64,000 bases of DNA from Bigelowiella natans CCMP2755 (taxonomy: Eukaryota > Protista > Cercozoa), in contig ADNK01001890.1 of NCBI GenBank assembly GCA_000320545.1, positions 1-64,000 on the forward strand. The letters run 5' to 3'. A program made the translations under genes and the position numbers. The notes beneath the pieces were generated by a model, which did no database searches, was not told where the DNA came from, and was given only the letters and a program-made list of their open reading frames with translations. Shown here one piece after another: positions 1 to 13,199 of this stretch (positions are counted from its first letter, which is position 1; each line of letters begins with the position of its first letter).

Positions 1-316
1 CAGGGCCGAGCTCATTGTGAAGCTCTAGGTCTAGATTTCACGGTACGTACAGGATGGAATGAACGTTTCGACGCATGCGTCGTATTCTTCTCTGTCACAG
101 CAGATGATATGACTGACAGCACTGGAGTGTAATGCTTATAGTAAGCTCTCCTAAATGTTCAGCGTGGAGACTTTCAGATTGAGTATGTACTCAAGATATG
201 ATCCGTTGTTTGTACAGTATGAAACTCGCCCAATTTCTTAGGTTGTCAACCCTCTGATGTTTCCGGGTGATTTGTATATTCATATTGCTGAGGAACTGGA
301 AGGGATTGCAAAATAT

Positions 317-385
<69 letters not shown>

Positions 386-1100
386 AAAATTGGAATAAAT
401 CATCTTATCAGCGACTATATATTCATCATGTGAACAAGTGTTAGCTGCTGCTACCACAACAACTACTACTACTACTACTACTACTACTACTGCACAAATG
501 ATGCATAGATTACATACTCGGGAGGCGGTGACGGTGCAATGGATGAATTTGATGCTGCCAACTGATGATGGTCAAAGAATATGCATCAATCACAATGTTA
601 TTATTACAATGATAAATGATCATGATGATGATGATGATGTATATTTATGTCGTGAATATAACAGTAGTAGGTTATTCAATATTTACCACCCCCCCCCTCA
701 ATTCTACTACTACTATTTCTTCTGCCACTGATACTACTTTTTCAACTACAACTTGTTCTTGTTCTTGTTCTTCTACTATTAGTACTACTGCTATTACTAC
801 TACTCACGTTCGAATCGATTGATGCCACACTTGCCTGTGAGAATAAATACTTTTTTACAACATGTATGTGTTTACATTGTATATTTATATACAAGAACGT
901 AGCACGTTAAAGATGGTTTAGAGCTGAATATCATTGTCGTTGTCATAATAATCATCGCAATATTCCAGGTAGTTGCTGTTGTGCTGATTTTTGGCAATAA
1001 CATATGCAGTGGGGGAAAGACCTTTCTTGTTGTCGATTTTGGTACCCACGCCCGCGCTAATAGTAAACAAAATATAATGATATAATGAAATAATTATATG

Positions 1101-1141
<41 letters not shown>

Positions 1142-1197
1142 AAATATATATGTGTGTGCGTGTATTATATTGCATATGCATGTGCAAAGAATGGTAT

Positions 1198-1236
<39 letters not shown>

Positions 1237-1815
1237 GTGTGTGTTTGGTGATAAGGTTGCACCTCCATATTTAGCTTCCTCTTCTTCCGCAGTTCTCTTA
1301 GTGGGGGACATGGACCTCTACAACAGGAGGAGGAAGAAGAAGAAGAAGATGAAGAAGAAGAAACGAGGAGGAGGGAGAAGGGAATCATGAGGATAATGAT
1401 GATGAAATGGTGGTAATGACGACGATGACGACAGCAGCAGCAGTAGCAGCAAGAGGAGCTATAGTCCTGGTGATGTGAATGGCCATAGTCATCATCATCA
1501 TTATAATATCATCATCGTATCATCATCATCATCATCATCATATAAACCACCTCACCTGTGTCACCATTGAGGTGTGAGGCTCACGAATCCTTTCACAAGG
1601 GGGGGAGGAAAGAAGAAGAAGAACAAGAAGGACAAGAAGAAGGGACTAAACATTAGAAAACTCATGAGGTGGTACTACTATGTGCGAAGAATGGATAATC
1701 CCAATCTTGAAATGTGATGATGAGAGTGAGTCATGGCTGATTGATTCCTCCTACATGCTTGGTAAGGATGATGTTTGACAAGGATGTTGTTCAACACGTA
1801 GCAGTACCATTCCTT

Positions 1816-1856
<41 letters not shown>

Positions 1857-1991
1857 CTGTGTGTTTGTGTGTATTTAGTTCTGAATATGAGAACTACAAC
1901 TACTACTACTGACTCTGATTGTCGCATTGCAATCATACTGTCGGCTTCCAAAGGATTCGGACGATGACTCGCTGCATGTAATAAAGTGGGG

Positions 1992-2045
<54 letters not shown>

Positions 2046-2817
2046 AAACATATTATCATCACGATAATCGACCAACCAAGCACTACTACTTCCACTATTA
2101 TTTCTTCATAGAGAGTGTAGACCAAGAAAGAAGAGGAAATCGTAGTAGTCACAATTACACACATTCACACACACACACACACATACACACACACAAGCAC
2201 TTGTTGATGTCTTATTTTCCCTACTACAACGGATAAATGGCGAAGATACCATACCTCCTTTCGAGAGTGTTGAATTCAGATCTACGGATGAGGAGGGGGA
2301 CAAAAGAAAGCATTTTTACGAAAAAGAAGGATGAAATAATACACTGGGTAGAAGGGGGGGGAGGGAGATAGGGAGGGGGGGGGGAGAGAACGATAAGCTC
2401 GATACGAGATCACTTACCAACTCAAGGAACTCATATACCATGCAGCAGCAGCAGCAGATATATAAGAATCTAGAAGTAGAAAGACACAAACCTTGAGCAG
2501 AAGTCTTCGTGGTGTTTGAGTTATCCTCCCCACCATCAGCCTGATCATCAATCAATATGCAGAGGAAGTATCTTTGAGAAAGGGCGACGGTACTCATTAA
2601 CATGTCCATGCGAGAATCCCATTTGTATGATCATCATCATGGTCATCGTCACTACCCCCCTCTCTCGAATTGAACTAAGATGATTTGTAGCCTTTGGAGG
2701 AGTGCTTTCACCGCCCTGATAGAATCATACGTGACAAATAATAATGGACGATGAGACCAAGAACGATACCGACAATACAAGCAAGAGTTACCACATAGTA
2801 ATAATTCAGAAGATTCA

Positions 2818-2864
<47 letters not shown>

Positions 2865-3475
2865 ATACCTCATCGTCATCATCATCCGCGTTTTCGCCAC
2901 CGCCCCAGAAATCGCCGTCAAATACTGAAGATTTCTTTCCGTGCACATGTTTGTTTTCAGCTTCGTCATCGTCCTCTTCTTCTTTCAAAGCCTCAAGTGC
3001 GACAGAGGGGCTGTTTTTCTTGTCGTGATTTCTTCCTCCATCATCATCATCATCATCATCACCACCATCATCTTTTTGCCCCCAGAAGTCCCCGTCAAAT
3101 ACAGAGGAGCTCTGTTTCCTGTGTCCTCCCTCCCCTAAGGTGATGCATCATCATTATTGTTAGCGTAGAATATTGGTGTGTATGTGTGTGCGTGTGTGTA
3201 TTACTCATTCTATGAATATGAGAAGTAAACAGAACCTTCTTCTTCATCATCATCATCATCATCATTTCCATCTCCATTTTTCCAGAATTCGTCATCGCAG
3301 AGCGGGCTTCGAGGCTTTAATTGTTAGAAATGGCTAGTTTAGTAGATATGCGCAGAGTCGATAAAGGCTTATTAAAACTTGCTTCGTTGAGAAGATTTGT
3401 GTCGTTACTCATTCATTCATGCATTCATTCGTCGTAATAGGTCTGACTCAAAACAACTGCTGGTTGAGGACTTGC

Positions 3476-3524
<49 letters not shown>

Positions 3525-3640
3525 AAAGGACCTGTTCAACGACATCTTCTTGGTCGTTCCAGTTATCTTCTTCCATTGCTGGCTGTGCTGCTGCTGCTGC
3601 TGCTTTTGACGACACTCCGTGCGCCACAACCAGATAGGTT
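1..3640 (-). CDS. Multi-exon hypothetical acidic, low-complexity protein (ends uncertain; may run off the window)
   Basis: Short GT-AG-bounded coding-like segments between microsatellites: ~3630-3533 VAHGVSSKAAAAAAQPAMEEDNWNDQEDVVEQ; ~3136-2869 with two SSVFDGDFWG motifs differing only at synonymous sites; ADGGEDNSNTTKTSAQ (~2540-2492); ASHRPNPLEADSMIAMRQ (~1972-1915). No domain recognised. Confidence 0.45.
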
Positions 3641-4358
3641 CAACTGATTACTTCACATTCAACCGTGGTAGTATATGAGGCTCATATCGGGAAAGGAACA
3701 AGTCTGGACAAGTTCATGTTACTACTTATAGTAAAAATGCATTATTTAAGAACTCATCAGCACATCTGCATTTTCATGGTGCTAAGGTTCCTCCATGTAT
3801 GCTCGGAAGCAAAGGAAGACAGGATAAAGTTAGCCCCAAGTGTAAATGATAATATTCACATCTGAAGTAATTGTTAACATGATGAGTTCCCTCCCCCCTC
3901 ATTCCTCCTCACTGAGTTATCATGTGTTACATTCAGATGGTGGTTGTGGGAGGCGTCCGAGTACTATAGCACACAATTGTACGACGATCATCTAGATAAA
4001 TTATCATACCGAAAATAACTAAATATAGTAGCTCAATCCTATTGAGGTAGCAGCATGAAACGAGGAGACTACTGTAGCCCTATCACAGAGGTGTGTGAAA
4101 ATCTCTCCGATAAATTATCGTAGCATAAACGCAGACAGATCACAGCAACAGATGTTGGTCGAAACTCTGATAACTGCGACACAGTGCCAATCTTCAATCA
4201 TCATCATATTTCTAAGGTTCCAGATCCATGGCAATTCCTCCCTACGACAAGGGTCACATGAAGTCGTTACTAGAAATATACCAAAGACCGATTTTTGGTA
4301 AAATCTCCTAAGACTACTACGGGGCACTACTACTACTACCTGCAGGTAGTGCTCTAAC

Positions 4359-5759
4359 ATGCACGGCCACTTTCTCGCTAAACTCGGAAGCCATACTGAA
4401 ATAAAAGGTCACATGCGAATCTCAGCCCTGTCCATGCCCATGTATGGCACAGATTCAAGTCAGCGCCAGACTAGAATGGGTTTCTCTGACCTGAAATTGA
4501 GCCGTGGAAGTTTTCAGCAGCCCCTCAGGAAGTTAGTGGATGGCGGCAGCTCCCAGCAACTCCGTAGCAACGGAGAAAGAGTTGGACGCAGGGGGGACCA
4601 CGGCGACAATGAAGGCGGTAGCGTCGTCAAGCCGTTCCCGTGTCCTGTATGTGGGAAAAGGTGATAAACATTATGCACCCTTCTTCTTTTAACTCCCTTT
4701 CCTCCTTTTGTAAGAGGAAATGTTGTTGTACACCTGGACACCTTCAAACAGGTTTAGCCAGAAAGGCAACATGAAGATGCATCAAAGGGTCCACACCGGG
4801 GAGAAGCCTTTCGCGTGTCCATCTTGCGGAAAGAGCTTCAGCCAAAAGGGCAACATGCAAACTCACACTCGCATACATTCGGGTGTAAAGCCTTACGAAT
4901 GCATAGAATGCAAACAAGCCTTTCGCCAGAAGAGCAAGCTCATCGCCCACATGAAACGCCATCAGGCAAATGGAACTCATAGCAAAAATTATGATATAGA
5001 TGCAATTGCGTCCATCGGCTCCAGGAAGAACAGAATCTCAAAAGGACTGCGATCACAAAGTGCTAGTGCCAACAGCAGCAGCTGTAGCACTAATGCTGCT
5101 GGACTAAGCGGCGGACTAAACAACGGATTGAGCGAGCACAGAAATGCAGCGATGGAATTAAGGCGCTTGATCCAGCATGCAAAACTCAATTTGTTGTTAA
5201 AGAAGCCGCTCTGTATGCCGCTTGTACCATCTTCTTTACCGACCACAACATATAACAACATAGGTGATGAGGTCACTCCTATGGATATTCCTAACAGCCA
5301 GAAGAAGAGCAAAAATATGAACGCAATGATGATGGTTGGCGACCTCCCGCACCTATCCCCTTATCGAATCCCTGGACAACGACAGCAAGATGATTTTCAG
5401 TCGAAGCAGTCTACTTCTGCTGCTGCAGCCATTTCTATTCCGCGCCCGAAGCCACCACCCTCACCGCCTCCTACCTTGGCGATTCTTTCGTCACACCTCC
5501 ACTCATTCTCGTCTAATCTGTCATCATCATCATCATCATCATCATCATCGTCATCATCATACTCGAGGGTACCTATGCCCTCGTGGGCGCCATCACTCAG
5601 CAACCCTTCCGGCCTTCATGATTTCGGGGCAGGGCCCTCCCTCAATAGCAGGCTAGGATTGGTGAGTTACCCGAATATTTGAAGTTTTGTGTTGACACCG
5701 TGTTTCACCGATTTATGATAGTATTTCCCCCCTCCCTCTCTTCCACCCTTATCTATACA

Positions 5760-5805
<46 letters not shown>

Positions 5806-6265
5806 AGTGCATTGTATATATTGTTGTTCCCGATTCAAATAATTATTGGTCAAACTTACGTGTTTGAAGGGCAAGTTCGACGACATTTTAGAAATCGCAC
5901 GCGCTTTCGGGAACAGCAGCAGCAGCAGTAGTAGTAGTAGTAGTAGTAGCAGCAGTAGCAGTTCTGGTAATACGACCTCCAGTACAAATACCAATGACAA
6001 CACTAGCAGCAGCACCAGCACTAGCAATATCGGCCGTGAAAGCATCAGGAAAGATAGTGGGAAGAGGAACAACGCTCTACAGAAAGAATTTAGAAGTGAA
6101 TCGAAGCAGGATCTTGGGAGTGTGAGCGCTGGTGAGAATGATGGGAAGAAGAGCAAGAACAATGGGAAGGCAAATGATAACGGGACAAGCAAAGAGTCTT
6201 CTTCGAAATTAACCAATGATGACTCAACAGTACCCATGAAGCGAATGCACCTTGCCTCTTCTTAG
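4359..6265 (+). CDS. C2H2 (Kruppel-type) zinc-finger transcription factor, 3 fingers
   Basis: Intron 4661-4751 joins KPFPCPVCGKR to FSQKGNMKMHQRVH; linkers TGEKPF and SGVKPY; three CxxC..HxxxH fingers. Phase-0 intron 5662-5869 (GTGAGT..AAG) joins a Ser-rich final exon GKFDDILEIARAFG..HLASS*. Start codon uncertain. Confidence 0.9.
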
Positions 6266-7290
6266 AGCACAACAGTCCAAGGTGTTACATGTGGCTTTGG
6301 CATTATGTTGGGGTCATTTATATGTACACTTACATGCGAAGATCGTGTGCCTGTGCGCATTTAAGTGTGTGATATGTATGACGAAAGCATAGGAATATGT
6401 GTACATGCCCGTTTACGGAGCTGTCCAGAGAGAAAAAGGAGAGAGGTAACTTAATGTTTTGTATATTTTATTCTGATGTGATCACAGAAGGGCTTCGAAA
6501 CATGTGCTAATTGATGGAGATAAGATAAGAATAATCTAGCATGAGTACCTACAGCAGCAATAAGCCAAACGTAATTCATATGGTCCGTTAATGTGTAAAC
6601 ATGGCATTGACATGGCAGATTACAACCATTACAGATAAAATTAGTGTATGTCTAGATGTCATGATCGAAATGATTTTTGCCTTGCATCATCGTTTACATG
6701 CTGGGCGATTTGCCGAAGACTTAAGTATCGGCGCGCGTACATCAAATGTAAAAATAATATCCACATATAGCAGATCTAGAGATATCTAAACATGTGTGTA
6801 TGCGTGCCGTCTAGACGTGCATTTCTAGATTTTAAAAATGAACAGACACAAAACGGACTATGGCATCACTGCGCAACATGCATGGTGAGGTCAATCATGC
6901 ACACAAGCAGATTCAATGCGGTAGACATTAATTTCCAAAATTGTTGTTGTGTATCATCATTACGTGTACTAGATTATATGCACTTGCAAGTGCATTAAAT
7001 AGTAGTCTTGCAGTACGTAGGCATTTTCCAATATGATCTAGATGTTGCATTTATTCCTACATCTATGCATTCTGCGCTCACATTGCATTTGCATGCTCAT
7101 AATATCTAGATATGTACATACAACGAACAGGGCATGAATGCTCTAGTACTGTTCAACGTCCACTATCTAGAATATTCAGCTGTTTATGTAAATATGCCGA
7201 TACAATGATCCGTATCCAATTCAATACTGCTGGATTATGTTTGGATTGTAGATAAAAAACATTTATAATTCGTAATGAATGAGACGCGTG

Positions 7291-8139
7291 CTATGCACAA
7301 TGCAACAAAGTCTTGTCAGCAGCCCTGTACATCACCTCGGTACGGCAGGCATATTTAGGACCCCCTCTTATTATTTCAGATCCCTGGTGCAAAATATCAT
7401 GTTGGAATACAAGTATGTCGCCGCTTGAAGTTGGTGGGTCTAGGCAAAGATTGCACACAAGCGAACGACATTTGTTGTTCTTGCAATTTGGGTGAATGAA
7501 ACGAGTACTTCCACCAACATAATCCGTTGTATTTGTGTAGATTTGGACTGTGAGAATTCCACGTGGACGATGAAAAAACGGTGTATCCCTTTCCGGACGA
7601 ACGAAATATCCATCATAATGCTGACGAAAATATTGCCCCTTAGTGTACTTCAGGCATCGAAATCTCTCGTTTAATCCGTTTAATGTAAGCTTGATTCCAT
7701 GCTGCTGTTTACACAGCTCTACATTAATAGGGGCACGGGAGCATCGCTTTGTGTCCCATGTTTGTGGAAGAAATTTTCTAATTCGCTCGAAAATTGATTT
7801 GGCGAACTCTTCATCATCAAATATTGCTCGAACACCATTGCGAGTGACCCTGTCCTGCTCCAACTGAGTCGAAAAACCACGGCTTTCTGAACTATCAATG
7901 ATGTATTTACGTTCACTAGCAGTCAGTACATTCTTCAAGACTATGCAAAGGCCTTTCGTTCCCTGTCCTTCTTGTCTGGCAGCTGTGGAGAGAGATCGAT
8001 GCAACGAATCTCTCGCCCGGTAGTCTCCTTTTCCTGATCCCTCGTCGCCATTCCTCGCCTGTTCGAACTGTTGCCACCCATTATAAACTTTATCGGTTTC
8101 CCATTGGGTTTGTTGTTGCGAAAGGCACATTGGAATCAT
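7291..8139 (-). CDS. 2OG-Fe(II) oxygenase, prolyl-4-hydroxylase-like
   Basis: LNERFRCLKYTKGQYFRQHYDG (HxD), GGSTRF, GDILVFQHDILHQG (distal His), KYACRTEVMY (2OG-binding Arg). Uninterrupted ORF; true 5' end uncertain. Confidence 0.88.
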   Translation of the reverse strand: MIPMCLSQQQTQWETDKVYNGWQQFEQARNGDEGSGKGDYRARDSLHRSLSTAARQEGQGTKGLCIVLKNVLTASERKYIIDSSESRGFSTQLEQDRVTRNGVRAIFDDEEFAKSIFERIRKFLPQTWDTKRCSRAPINVELCKQQHGIKLTLNGLNERFRCLKYTKGQYFRQHYDGYFVRPERDTPFFHRPRGILTVQIYTNTTDYVGGSTRFIHPNCKNNKCRSLVCNLCLDPPTSSGDILVFQHDILHQGSEIIRGGPKYACRTEVMYRAADKTLLHCA

Positions 8140-9723
8140 TCATTTCAAAGGAATTCTTTATGAGAGTTTGTGAGGATTGGTGGATTATGATGTTTTTGTG
8201 TGCCTCGGATCCTTCTCATTTTTTCGAGTCGAAGAACTTTCCCAGCGACATCATTTTGTCGTCGTACGTTTATTGCAACCAGATCCACTCAGAGATTTTG
8301 TGGAGATTTTGACGGATCTCCTCTGCTCTCTCCCGCATCCGCCCACAGTCGAAATGAATGCGCTCTGATAAACAGCACGAGGTCAAGGCTCCAGAACAAC
8401 TGAACACGATGTAGAGGTCTCAGGGCAAGGATACAACGCCACTATTGCGACTTGATAAAGTAAATGAGTTGGGACCATGTTCATTTAAAGCAAGGTAGCA
8501 CGAACAACCAGTTTTCAAAAAAATGTCAGCACCAAAAGTCCGGGGCTTACCTCCCTGCCTTGCAATCATTCGAGCACAGGGCTAAAACACCCCGGGAGAC
8601 TAAATTCTGCACTATAAAGTTTACAGTCTCGTGTTACCTCCATACCTTGACTGAGAATAAGGGCAGAGAAATCATATTTTAAATTAGATTGTATCTGTTT
8701 TCACTACGCAGTGTCATCGCTCTCAGGGTTGGCCTACAAATTTAATTCTTGTTTATTCTGAAATCTTGGTTCTTCTGTTGTTATCCTTCTCAGGGAATAT
8801 TTACAAATTTTTAATTGCTGATCCTAAAATTGTGGCTCCTTCTGCTCAGCTCGGGCCCGACCCGGGGAATGAAGATTTGACAGCTGTACACATTCCTTTA
8901 GAATATCGAAAATGATGATGCGCGGTGTATATTAGACTGCAGTAAGTGCAGCGTACAAATGAACAAAAAGGTACAAATGAACAAAAAGGTGAAGGAAGGT
9001 TGCGTACATGAATGATATTATATGTTATCTTATTAAATGTGGAAGAGTAAATTGAGTCAGTCATCACATCGCTGCGTGTGTTGATTACATTATCCTGCAG
9101 CGATACAAGTAACGTGCATCATTCATTCACACCTACAGCACATATACATCATTGCAGTTGCCACACACACACACTAGCACACACCATGCTACTACTCCTA
9201 GCCTCACTCATGTCCCCACATGTGCATGAGACAAATGATGTGATGAACATTTAATTTTTTTCAATTGTCATCCTAATGTTGCAGCGCCGATCGATACGAT
9301 GACGATGCGACCTACGCATTGCCAGTGTGCAATTACATCTAGACATGACAAGCGTGCGCGGTTTTATTATATTTCAAGATTTAGATGCTCATTGCATTCT
9401 AGCATTCTAGCTAGCTAGCGTTGCATGTACGTGCGCTATTAACATAGGTCATGGTTCCGTATACGTAGCTACGTGTGTCTCTTGTAGAGCTTGCTTCCAT
9501 TGCGTGCATGCGGCTATGTGCACAAATGCCACAATTACATAAGCATGTTTAGGTTTCTCCATGCAGATGAATGCCATGCGTGGTCAAATAAGCGTACAGC
9601 GACATAGCGACGGCACAGATCGACACGTCGTACTGTATAACAGATCAGAGTTTTACCACTTCTCTAAACCTGTACATGAATACGTTTTTGAGTGTCTAAT
9701 TTTAATGGCAGCACTGCTAAATG

Positions 9724-11407
9724 CTACAACTTCCCTTTTCCCTTATCACTTCGAGGTTTCAGGTCCAGAGGTCTACGAGCACGAATTATAGCGTATCGTC
9801 CCAGCTTCTTGTCAAGCAGTTCGGACCAGAATTTCGTGCCTAGTTCCTTTACACCTTCAGGGGAAACAACTGCCTCTTCTATTTTGACATCAATGAAACC
9901 AGCCATTGAAGCTGCTGTCATATAGTCCTGCTTAGACCACATAGTGTCGAAAAGAACAACAGGTTTCGTATTATCTCCCTCCATTGGAATTTCAGCTCGC
10001 AAAACCTTCGGGATATTGGCAGCTTTCTCGGCTAGGGGTGGGACTATATGTGTGGTTATCCCACCCGGCCCAAGCAATTCGAAGGCTTTATTGAAAAAGT
10101 TCACAAGCTCTGAGCGCGTGTGCATGTGGCAAAGAACGAGACCGCTCATCACCAGATCGTACGATCGATTTTTTTTGGGCTTGAAGGTTTTAATATCAGC
10201 GAGGACGAAGTGGAGTCTCTCCAGCTCAAAGCCTAAACTTTTCTCTACGCGGCGTCTCTTCACTAATTCCTCGGCTCGATGTAGCATCGCTGGACTCTGG
10301 TCAAGAGCCGTGACACTAGCTTTCGGCCAGCGACCGAGAATCAAATGTGATAGACAGCCATTCCCACAACCGATATCTAGTACCTCTTTAACCTGTATTC
10401 CGAGTGCAGGCAATGACGACGAAGACTCACGACGACTTGGACTTCGTGGTAGGCGACCAGAGCTACGACGGCTATTCGCAACTAATTTATATTTCACTCG
10501 GATCTTGTTTCCGTCTATCTGTCCCGAATCCATGGACTTCAAGGCCTGAGAGACGTGCACAGATTTTATATACAAGGCCCTCACAGACATTTTCAGCCAG
10601 AGCCACCTTTTCTGCACCATCCTTGTCCTCCATTTCAACGAAAGCGTATCCTAGCGGGAGCTTCACCTGAGATATCATCATCATGTGGTACTTAGATCTG
10701 AAGATCGCATAGTAAATAAAGCCTCCAGGGCTGATATGCGCTGTTCATGTCGTCGTTGATGAGTATATTACTAACCGTTTCATCTATTCCCAGTTCTACG
10801 TCTTTTACTTTTCCATAGTTGCCAAATATTTCTTCCAGAATACCCTATATCATATTTCACACAAGGGGAAAATGAACCAGTAAGTTCTCCACTTATTCCT
10901 TCAATAATCGGCGCTGCCACAAAGAAAAATAGCGTTGAAAAGTCGAAGTAAAGAATTGCCGCACTTAATGCTTGCAACCTTGTTGACATTCTTTGTCAAA
11001 TTAGTAACGTGCAGGATCCTGTTCTCGTACCCATCTAACAAAAAACATACGAGTGGGGCGCAAGGAGTAGGAAATCGAGTTTGGGTCAAAATTCGAACAG
11101 GGTTAATATTTTCATCTCGCATTTTCACTCTTGCCAGGAAATTACCTTCAATGTGTTTCATGAGAGTGTAGTGTAGGTAGCACTTGTAGAATGGCGCGTT
11201 TCTTTTGGCCTCCACAAAATCGGCGTATCGCCCATCAGCGTATTGCTCTTTAACCGTCAGGATCTGACAACAAAGAGAGTCAACTGAACATGCAAGACAA
11301 AAAATGTTCGGAAGAATTACCTTCTTTGCCTCCGCAGTGTCTCCAGGCGCTTCATCGCCTTTGGCCCTAGGATTGAACGAATGCGAAGAGGCGGGGTTGA
11401 AGGGCAT
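9724..11407 (-). CDS. Class I SAM-dependent methyltransferase with an inserted RNPS1/SR45-like RRM
   Basis: Phase-compatible exons 11407-11321, 11263-11146, 11034-10979, 10844-10776, 10666-10607, 10545-9724. RRM: ILHVTNLTKNVNK/GILEEIFGNYGKV/LGYAFVEM/AEKALKSMDSGQIDGNKIRV. MTase: VLDIGCGNG, VTALDQSPAML, YDLVMSGLVLCHM, AFELLGPGG. 5' end uncertain. Confidence 0.82.
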
Positions 11408-11868
11408 CCCTTGTGCGAACTGATGGAGCCTCGACGTAGGTCGCTAAGGAAGACACAGCAGAATCTAGATTCCCAGGTGGTGGTAGGGGGAGTCCATCGG
11501 GACAATGCAGCAGCAGTACAACAACAACAACAAACAATGAGATTCCTGGAAAATTCTAGGAACGATAATTGTGCCTACTCTATTGTTTCTTGTGTGTTGC
11601 AAATCTAGGCTATTTTTCCAGCTGAGAATATCTATGATGATATGTTAGGATGGTAATGTTTGGTGTTGTCGTTTTTAATCGGGAGAACATCGAAGAGAAG
11701 GAACATCACAGACCCTAGTACTCCAACAGGATTTCCCGCCCTCCCCTTGGGTTTCCTCTGCTGGCAGTTTCAAAGCTCAGACAGCCTTGATAGCCCTAGC
11801 CCTCGATCCAAAATACAGTGGGCAGTGACCAAAGGCTTGTGGCTCTACAGCTTTCGTTGACCTTAACA

Positions 11869-13165
11869 ATGCTTCTTCTTCTTCTTCTTCTTCTTCTTCT
11901 TCTTCTTGTTCTCGTCAAAATGTCGTCGTCTCTAAACTTGTCGTCGTCGTTTGTTTCATTGCGTCCTTGTTCCCGTAGGTATGCCGACTTCGACAGCTGC
12001 GGGATGGACGAAAACCTCATTGCCAGAGATGGAGCATGCTTCTCCAATCCGCGTGGTGCCAAAGGAACAACCACCGAACGCGGTCACAACACCTATCTAT
12101 GAGTTGTTAACACATGATGAGTTATGAGGCAGTTGATCAATCGAATACTGTCGTTATTCGTGTTGCTGTGTGTTCCATCACCAGTTACCTCCGAACCTTC
12201 AGAGCAACCACCGCAAATCTCAGATGGAAGGTATCTTGATTATTCGTACTCAAAACTGCCAAAACACACCACCCCACCACGACCACCACACAGTTGCAGA
12301 GCAGTGAATGAATGCTTTTGGGAAGAATATCAACACTATCAATCGATTTTTGTAGCTCCATTAAGAAAGCTTCTCTATACGAGGTCATTTGTAATATTGT
12401 TGTAGTAACGACGTGAATAATACTGTTTACCAGATGCACTGATCCGGCGCATGTTTCTAAACACGCCGCTCATTTCCTCCCTCATGGAGCCACACACGCC
12501 CCCTTTACCGGTAATCCACAAGGGAAACAAGAACGGTGGTAACAGCTCCGTCATGAAGTTGGACGAACTTAAATGGACAATGTACCAGATTCTTAATAGG
12601 ACTGATCTAAGGTGTTGCTCGAATACCACGAATACCACCGAATACTACCAATACCACGAATACCACGAATACCACGAATACCACGAATACCGAATAGACT
12701 ACGACAGCAACAGTGAAGGGGACGCGGACAATTATAACCATGGACATATACTATCCGCAACAAAACCATATGTTAGGAACAAAATTATTGAAACACACAC
12801 TTCTCGTTTTATGTAAAACAAAAGAAATGTAACATAGAGGATTGTATATTTGTGTTTTCAGTACGATGACAGTAAAGGAATCTCGTGCATTGCTAGAAAT
12901 TAAGTTGGGACTTCCAAAGGATTCGCTGGAGTAATAATTAACAGTGACCAGGCCCTTATTCGTTCACTCAGTTATTATATATCGGATGAGTAAATAATAC
13001 AGCTTCTTTTTGTGATGAATCATAAAATGCATTAGGGCACAAAGACGCCATACAACGCATTGGGTGACTGAATTCATTACGGCTGATCCTACAGAGTTCG
13101 GAGCACAGCTCCTGCTTGGTAGCAACCTCTTCTCCAGTATCATTTTACTTTGACATAAAATCAAA

Positions 13166-13199
<34 letters not shown>

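Noticed and set aside
1020-1060. FYVE-like start (ARAWVPKS)
   Set aside because: No RRHHCR or Cys pattern found downstream.
191-3637. Many short ORFs with poly-T/S/Y/M, CVCV, LSLS or YIYI runs (also throughout the window)
   Set aside because: They are translations of microsatellites, mostly intronic.
9944-10549. 201-aa plus-strand ORF (similarly 20264-20764 minus, 5749-6237 minus, 49758-50156 minus)
   Set aside because: Antisense shadows of well-supported genes.
12627-12690. CRISPR-like arrays (here and at 20296-20690)
   Set aside because: Tandem repeats without unique spacers, in eukaryotic context with no cas genes.
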